This document shows positions 52,178-64,000 of a stretch of DNA of 64,000 nt, piece after piece; positions within the stretch are counted from its first letter, which is position 1; every line of letters begins with the position of its first letter. The stretch is from the human T2T-CHM13v2.0 reference genome, Homo sapiens. The stretch is taken from the NCBI RefSeq assembly GCF_009914755.1, contig NC_060925.1; one strand, given 5' to 3'. The notes beneath the pieces are model-generated. The model was not told where the DNA came from. It searched no databases and was given only the letters and a program-made list of their open reading frames with translations. A program made the translations under genes and the position numbers.

Positions 52178-52324
52178 GAAGTCGGGGGTTCCCTCTGTTG
52201 GCTTTGGAGCCCCCATCCCTCTGTCTCTGTACAGGGAAGCTTCTTCCTTCTCCTTTCTTGCTCCTTCTTGCCTGTTAAACTCTCTATTTCTTAAAACCAA
52301 AAAAATAAAAAATAATAATAAAAA
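52178..52324 (+). mobile_element. LTR10 (HERV-I) R-region fragment with poly(A) tail
   Basis: GGCTTTGGAGCCCCCATCCCTCTGTCTCTGTACAGGGAAGCTTCTTCC...CTTGCCTGTTAAACTCTC...CTTAAAACC then A-rich tail; AATAATAATAAA on both sides. Confidence 0.7.
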
Positions 52325-53098
52325 GTGATGTCCACATGCTTTGAGCTTTAATATACTTCTGGATATTTATCCTTAGAAATATATTCTGAAAAGAATAAAA
52401 AATGCTCTAAGCACAAAAATGATCAACATAAAGTTATCTATAAATTTGAAAATATAGATAAAATTTGCACGTCCAACTAATGGGGCATACAAAATAAATG
52501 GTTGTATGTCCACTTGTTGGGTTGCAGCCAAATATATAAAAATTATATGTGTAAATGGGTAAGGACACGTGGGGGAGCCCAGGAGATGATGATGATAGCA
52601 GGGTGATTAGACTTTTAGGGGCACTTATTTTTAAAATCTCATTTTAATGTCAGTTCTACAAAACTTTAAAAACCCACTTAAATATGCTAATTAAAAATTA
52701 TTCTTACCCACTTGTGAAAGTGTGTTTACCAGATCCTGTACTTGACAATCCTTTGTAAACCTCTAGTATGGATTTTATAGATATTAAGACTGTAAAAAAG
52801 TAATTTTAGTTTTTATTTTTATTTTTTAAGAGATGAGATCTAGGCCGGGCGCAGTGGCTCACGCCTGTAATCTCAGCACTTTGGGAGGCTGAGGCTGGCG
52901 GATCGCCTGAGGTTGGAAATTCAAGACCAGCCTGGCCAACACGGGAAAACCCCGTCTCTATTAAAAATACAAAATTAGCTGGGCATGGTGGCGCATGCCT
53001 GTTATCCCAGCTACTCGGGAGGCTGAGGTAGGAGAATCACTTGAACCCGGGAGGCGGAGGTTGTGATGAGCTGAGAGCACCATTTTACTCCAGCCTAG

Positions 53099-53437
<339 letters not shown>

Positions 53438-53877
53438 TAAATGCACTAGTAAAATTGGGAGTTTAAAAACCTGGACTAGAATTTGGACATTGCCTTTTTT
53501 TTTATTCTTTTTAAGATTTTGCTTGTTAGTGTCAATTTATCTGACCTTTGGTTTGAAGAATTTCCATCTAATGAGGAAGATAGGCGGCTAAGGAGACAAT
53601 GATACAATAATGTGATAAGTGCTATGATAGTTGCACATGTATGATGATTGGGTGCCTGGGGAGAGTCACCTGATTCACACACACCCTCTTTAAATTATAG
53701 CCCCTTTTTATTCCCTCTCATAGCTATTTGTTTTTTTCCTCTTTCATACTATATTTTGTAATTGCCTGTAGATGTGTTGTTTGATGTCTGCTTCTCCTAG
53801 ACTCTTAACTTCCAAAAGGATAGGGGTCATGCTCATGCATATACCCAGAGCATGGCATATAGCTCAGTATTTGCTGA

Positions 53878-54171
<294 letters not shown>

Positions 54172-54614
54172 TGATCCGCCTGCCTCGGCCTCCCAAAGTA
54201 CTAGGATTACAGGTGTGAGCCACTGCGCCTGGCCTAATTTTTGTATTTTTAGTAGAGACGGGGTTTCACCATGTTGGCCAGGCTGGTCTGGAACTCCTGA
54301 CCTCATGTGATCCGCCCACCTTGGCCTCCCAAAGTGTTGGTATTACAGGTGTGAGCCACGACTCCCAGCCCCAGGCTTATCTTGAAGGTGTAATAGCACA
54401 GAGAACAAGTAGGGGATGGATATTTCAGGAAGAGAAGAAATAACATACTTGAAATTGTGAAGACTCAATATGGCCGAAATTTAGGATGGGTTAGGAGATG
54501 TGGGAATTTTTATTCTTAAAGCATTGGTGAGTGATTAAAAGTTTTTAACAAGGCCGGGTGCAGTGGCTCACGCCTGTAATCCCAGCACTTTGGGAGGCCG
54601 AGGCAGGTGGATCA

Positions 54615-55040
<426 letters not shown>

Positions 55041-56219
55041 TTAGCAAGAGACAATCATATTTGTTGTCTAGAAAAATCACTTGAGCAAGTGTGCTCAGTG
55101 GATTAGATGGACTCCAGGTTTGGGACTCCAGGTTTGTCCCAGTATAGTAGTCCAGAAAGATAAAACCCTGAACCAAAGTAATGGAAGTCAGGAATGAAAC
55201 AAGGAGATAGGCTAGAGGAAATGGATAGATTTTGTAATAGGACAGATATGAATATTGAGTCAGGTCAGGGACACGGTTTCTGATTGGGTAACAAAGAATA
55301 AAGAGGAATAGTAGAGTTATGTAAATAATAGTTCTAGTCTTGCACATGTTGAGTTTGGGTGCCTGTGAGGCATTCAGGTTGAGATATAACATAGGCAGCA
55401 CTGTGTGCTTGGTACCTAAATATCTGTTGAATGAAAAATGAGAATGATGTGTGTTGGATCGCTTGAATGTATTCCTCTGTAAGTGGTTGTAGTCTTGGGA
55501 ATGGTTGAGAATGTCCAGAAAAAATGGATACAATTTTGTTGACTGAGGCCGGGCGTGGTGGTTCACGCCTGTAATCCCAGCACCTTGGGAGGCCCAGGCG
55601 GGTGGATTACCTGAGGTAGGGAGTTCGAGACCAGCCTGACCAACATGGCAAAACCCCCTCTCTACCCAAAACACAAAAATTAGCCAGGTGTGGTGGCAGG
55701 CGTCTGTAATCCCAGCTACTTGAGAGGCTGAGGCAGGAGAATCGCTTGAACCTGGGGAGGCAGAGGTTGCAGTGAGCCGAGATCACGCCATTGCACTCCA
55801 GCCTGGATGACAGAGTGAGACTCTCTGTCCCCACCCCACCACCCCACCGCCAAAAAAAAATGTTGACTGAAAGGAGAAGTGACTAGGATCAGAACTCTGG
55901 GTAAAAATCAGTAATTGAACAGAGAAAAATAACTTGTGAATAAGATTGAAAGCACAATTGCAAAATCATGGGAAAATGAGCAAATAGTGTCACAAAAGCC
56001 AAGTAGGAAGAATTTCATGAAGGAAGCACTTAAAAATGTTGGGAAAAACTCCCCAGTGGTTAACATTTATAGAGCACTTACTCTGAAGTAGGCACTGGGC
56101 TGAATGTTTTACGTGTATTATGTCCTTTAATCCTTACAATAAATCTATGTGGTAGGTGCCTCTGTTACCCGCTTTCCACAAGTAAGGAAATGGAGGCTTA
56201 GATAGGTAAAGCAGCCTTC

Positions 56220-57445
<1,226 letters not shown>

Positions 57446-57724
57446 GCTGAGCGGGCCCAGCACTTTGGGAGGCTGAGGCGGGTGGATCACCTGAGGTCAG
57501 GAGATCGAGACCAGCCTGGCCAACATGGTGAAACCCTGTCTGTACTAAAAATAAAAATACAAAAAATTAGCCAGGTGTGGTGGTGGGTGCCTGTAATCTT
57601 AGCTACTTGGGAGCCTGAGGCAGAAGAATTTCTTGAATCCAGGAGGCAGAGGTTGCAATGAGCTGATATCGCGCCATTGCAAGAGGGTGAGACTCCAATC
57701 TCCTAGGGAAAAAAAAAGAAGAAA

Positions 57725-57856
57725 ATCATCTGGAAAGCTTGTTAAAACATAGATTGTTGGGTCTCACCCTCAGTAATCTGGAGTGAGGGGGTCTGGAAAT
57801 TTGCATTTCTAACAAGTTACCACAGGATGAGCATGCTGTTAAGAAACATTGATCTA
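57725..57856. mobile_element. MER5A-like fragment
   Basis: GCTTGTTAAAACATAGATTG...AATTTGCATTTCTAACAAGTT. Confidence 0.7.
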
Positions 57857-58055
57857 AAATTTAAAGTGAATTTTGCCATTTCAGTGTATTTCCTTCTAGG
57901 TTTTGTCTAGGCAGATTTGTATTTTGTTTTGTTTTACAAACTTGAGATGATATTGAATATGGTTTTATGTCCAGCTTTTTTCACTTACTATTAGAAACAT
58001 TTTTTCATGTCACAAGTATTTCTTAAAGACATATAAAGGAGTTGCATTCATTATA

Positions 58056-58446
58056 TTAGGTTGGTGCAAAAGTAATTGTGGTTTTTGCTATTAAAAGTAA
58101 TCGGGCCTGGCGTGGTAGCTCACACCTGTAATTCCAGCACTTTGGGAGGCTGAGGTGGGCGGACCACTTGAGGTCAGGAGTTTGAGACCAGCCTGGCCAT
58201 CATGGTGAAACCCTGTCTCTACTAAAAATACAAAAATTAGCCAGTTGTGGTGGCGCATGCTTGTAATCCCAGCTACTCGGGAGGCCGAGGCAGGAGAATC
58301 ACTTGTACTCAGGAGGCGGAGGTTGCAGTGAGCCAAGGTCATGCCATTGTACTCCAGCCTGGGCAGTAGAGCAAGACTCTGTCTCAAAAAAAAAAAAAAA
58401 AAAAAAAGTAACCGGAAATACCGCAATTACTTTTGCACCAACTTAA
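58056..58446. mobile_element. MADE1 split by an Alu inserted at its centre
   Basis: Left TIR TTAGGTTGGTGCAAAAGTAATTG; right TIR CGCAATTACTTTTGCACCAACTTAA; Alu ~58104-58407 with TSD AAAAGTAATCGG/AAAAGTAACCGG. Confidence 0.93.
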
Positions 58447-58575
58447 CCTAACATTAATACTTATGGTCACTATGATTTACTTAAGGTTTGTCTAACTGTT
58501 AGATGTTTAAATTGTTTAAAAATGTTCTGTTGTAAATGTTCTTATACAAGGATTTTTTTTTTGACCCAGCTTTGA

Positions 58576-58788
<213 letters not shown>

Positions 58789-59205
58789 TAATTTTGTTGA
58801 ATCCCATCTCTGGTGGGTCTTCCTAGTTACAGAGGATAACCCAATTTCCCAATTCTGTGAGTACCTTGTGATCCTTTTGTATTAATTACATTATTTCTCT
58901 CCAATTTTAAAGAAATCAATCATAGACCCACATATTGCCATTCAGAGCTTATGATCAGGATAAAATACAGATTTGCTTATTGTCTCTCTATCCTGTTACA
59001 GTGGAAATGATAGGAAACCAGATATTTTGTTTCTTTTGTTACTAAATCCCTGGATTTAGAAAATGTGTAGGATATAGTAATCACTGTAAATATTTGTTGC
59101 AAGAATGCAGGAACCAGGAGTAGCACATTGATGGCACCTTGCATCTTCTTATTAAGAGTAAATGTATTTTTCTGTGAATCCTTTTAAAATACTGAAAATA
59201 GGCTA

Positions 59206-59478
<273 letters not shown>

Positions 59479-60206
59479 TCAAAAAACACCCCCCCTTCAA
59501 AAAAAAAAAAAAAAACTCCCTCAATTTCCTGACACATACGTGTTTATCTGTACTTACTGGCTCCTTACAAAAACCTCTTACCTGGTTTACTTGTTTTCAT
59601 TTATTATGCTGTAAATCTGGTTATTGGTTAATGAATTCTCTACCTAAAATCCTTAATGTCTTCCCATTACCCTTAGGATAGTCTGAATTCTAACAAAACA
59701 GACAAGGATGTCTTCTGTCTCCAGGGTTTTTTTTTTTTTTCTCTGATTACATGTGTGGTATCACCATTCACGCATTCTACGCTTCATTATACGCTTCATC
59801 ATAGAGAGCAATTTCTTTGTTGTTCCTGTAATGAAAGTGCTAGCCTGCGCACATATTGTTTCCTTATCCCAGACTTCATTTAGTAAATAGCATTGCTTAG
59901 TGGTTAAGAACATGAAGTCTGTAGTTAATCCTTATGGGCTCAAATTCTGGCTTTGCCACTTTAGAGCTGGATAACTTTAGGCAAGGTACTTAGGTGTTCT
60001 AATTTCTTCACATGTCAAATGAGGAGCATAGCAGAGCCTGTCCCATGTGGTGGTAAAGGATGTTGTGGAGAACTTTACATGCCGTAAGAGCTCTAGAAAT
60101 GTTATGAGTCCTTACTTACCGTGTTAGGCCTGGTGCTAGATGTTGGGGAATAAAACAGATTTGGGCCCTGTCCTCTTAGATATTGCTGTAGAGGAGAGAA
60201 CCATTA

Positions 60207-60776
<570 letters not shown>

Positions 60777-60837
60777 TAGTAGAGACGGGGTTTCTCCATG
60801 TTGGTCAGGCTGGTCTCGAACTCCTGACCTCAGGTGA

Positions 60838-60927
<90 letters not shown>

Positions 60928-63616
60928 TGAATGTGACATTTCCTCTACCAAAAACTACTACTAGTAACAGATGGAACTGCGAATTTACAAGCCTGAAGTA
61001 AGAAAGGAGCATAGCTTATTAGAGGAGTTGCACGAGGCTCCATTGTGGCTGGAATGGAGACATGAAGGTGGGAAGAATGGTGTGAAATGAAGTTTGAAAG
61101 TAGGCAGAGGCCAGGTCTTTGTGAAGACCAGGTCAGGGAGGCTGACTTCTATACAAGAGCAAGAGGGAGCCATTGGAGCTTTTTAAACAGGGAAATGATA
61201 CAATTCATTATGTTTTTAAGAGGTCACTTGGCCAGATGTGATGGCACGAGCCTGGAGTCCCAGCTACTTGGGAGGCTGAGGTGGGAGGATTGCTTGAGCC
61301 TAGAAGTTCGAGGATGCAGTGAGCTATGATCACACCTGTGAATAGCCACTGCACTCCAGCCTGGGTAACATAGTGAGACCCTGTCTCAAAAAAAAAAAAA
61401 AAAAAGATCACTTGCTTGCACTGTGGAAGGGTGGAGCACGGCAAGAGCAGATAATGATGGTGGTGTCTTGGATTAGACAGCAGCGGAGGAAATGGCAGAG
61501 AAGGTTTGAGAGTCAAGAGAGTCTAAACGTTTTTGTGACTGGATGTGGGGACTGGAGGAGACAGGGATGAATGAACACCTTTCAGTCCAACTTCTGACTC
61601 TTGCTTCTCATCTTTATCTAAGGTCCATCCTCAAGTCTGAGGTGGGTGCCACTCTTGTGCCTCCGTAGGGCTGTCTGTGTATGTCACTAAGTTTTAGCAC
61701 TGATCTGTTGTGATTTACTATAGCTGGTCTGTTTTCCTTTTAAGTTAGAATGTATTTATAGTAGGTGGTAGCTGATCAACAAACATTTCATAAATGAAAG
61801 CACAGATTAACATAAAAGTAGATGATGATTGAGTACAGTATTTCTTTCTTTTTTTTTTTTTGAGATGGAGTCTTGCTCTGTCGCTCTGGCTGGAGTGCAA
61901 TGGCGCGTTCTCAGCTCACTACAACCTCCACCTCCCGGGTTCAAGCAATTCTCATTCCTCCGCCTTCCGAGTAGCTGAGATTACAGGCGTGCATCACCAC
62001 ACCTGGCTAATTTTTTTTTGTATTTTTAGTAGACATGGGGTTTCACCATGTTGGCCAGGCTGGTTTCGAACTCCTGACCTCAAGTGATCCGCCCACCTCA
62101 GCCTGCCAAAGTGCTGGGATTACAGGTGTGAGCCACAGCTACGGTATTTCATTTTAAGCCTAGTGTTTTGGTGGTATATTGTCTTTGGATCAAGTTGTTT
62201 ATGAAAAAAGAATTCTCAAAGAACTATTCCTACCACCTCTCTCCCCTGACCCCCCCAGCCAAAGGCCAAGAATTGGATTCTTGATTTTTTTTTTTTTTTG
62301 ACAGCATATGTCTGGAATATGTATTGGTATTAATTGGGTCAAATAGAACAATAACATTATCTGTACTTTCAGTTAATTAACCTTGAGGGCATTTCTTTAC
62401 CTTCTTTTTTGTATGCTTTAAACAGTTCCCATGGTAAGTATTCCTCTTGGGGCTTATTATTTTATCTTAATTTCTGTAGGTGGGATTTTGAGTATCTAAT
62501 TAGATATTTAAATATGTAAACAGACATCTCCATGTTAGAAAAAACTCAGCTGCACTATTTGTTTAAAAAACTTCTCTTATATCCTTAGGTGATTTGACTT
62601 GTGTTTTGTTATGACTGCTCCTTTGTATTTATTATCATTAATTTGTTCTTTCGAAATTAAGTTTAACTTTTTTTGTTGTTTTTCTCCTATGGTTTAGATT
62701 TTAACTTAGTGCAATATGTAGTTTTTTAGTCTTTGCAGCATTTCCATTGATGGAAAACAAATACAGTGTGAAATTGTTGGCTTTCATATACCCAATATGG
62801 AATTAAAGTGAAAAGGGAACTATTTAATTTATTATTTTTTTAAATGAGATCGGGTCCCACTATGTTGCCTAGGCTGGCCTTGAACTCTTGGGCTCAAGCG
62901 ATCCTCCCGCCTTAGCCTCCTGGGTAGCTAGAGAATTATTATATAATGGTATAACTTGCCTCAACTGGGATTTTTATCAATTAAGTGGCATTTTGTTATT
63001 ATATTGACATACTAATTTAGTTATATTTATTTTATAATAAGCAACACTGCTGTTTATATTTTGTGGCCTATTAGAGTAGGAACAACTAAAAATAAGGTAA
63101 ATAATATATTTTTAAAGGAGCATGAAATAAAAAATTTTATTTAATATTTAGGAAAGATGATATGCGTATCCAACCCATTGCAAAAATTATAGTAATTGCT
63201 AGTTCCAAAATATTGTTAGTGAAATGTCATCAGATTCCTATAAGGCTTATATCTTCATGAAAAGTAATGCTAATAACACTGAGTGTGACATTAGACCTTT
63301 GCCTGTTTTCTCTCTTTCCATATACGCTTCCTGTGAATGACTAATAGAAAACTTATTTTCTCTCAACCAAATCTGTGTAACTTACTTTCCTGAGATACTA
63401 GGCAACTTCCCTACGTTACAAAAAATTAGTAATGATAATGGGTAACTTTGATTGAATATTCCTATAGTTCAGGTGGTAACCCTCAAAACAACCTTGTCAG
63501 CTAGATACTCGATATTGTGCTTTTCACAGATGAGAAAAACTGAATATTTGAGCAGTTATTTATCCTAAAGATTACAGAGCTATGTATGTATGAATATGTA
63601 AGAATATGATCTTTAA

Positions 63617-63880
<264 letters not shown>

Positions 63881-64000
63881 TAATTTTAAAAATTAACTAA
63901 AGTCCATACTTTACTCAGATTTTCTTAATTTTTACCTAATGTCCTTTTCTGCTCCGGAGTCCCATCAAGGACACCAGGTTACCATTTAGTTGCTATGGCT

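Overview
Primate (very probably human) genomic DNA that is extremely Alu-dense and almost entirely non-coding. The only supportable protein-coding sequence is a 25-nt first coding exon (MADEKDRE + phase-1 GT donor, 45084-45108) inside a ~1.7-kb CpG island. I recognise this N-terminus as EFCAB2/DRC8 (1q44). The rest of the window downstream is intron 1, and 1-44300 is upstream intergenic DNA. Other features: a near full-length 7SK retrocopy inside an old L1, a 5'-truncated U6 retrocopy, several L1 fragments, MaLR LTRs, Charlie/MER33, two MADE1 MITEs, a polyadenylated LTR10 R-region retrocopy and a C-free G-rich VNTR grown inside an L1 3'UTR. The most notable observation is a complex rearrangement scar at 4.1-13.1 kb, reconstructed from split Alus, displaced target-site duplications (TSDs) and a split L1. 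It comprises two adjacent in-place inversions (9883-10756 and ~10757-12.4 kb) plus a ~374-bp inverted templated copy (4133-4506) whose end lies within ~8 bp of the first inversion breakpoint. Nearly all ORFs in the supplied track are Alu, L1 or simple-repeat artefacts. Repeat subfamily names come from memory of consensus sequences, and repeat boundaries are approximate.
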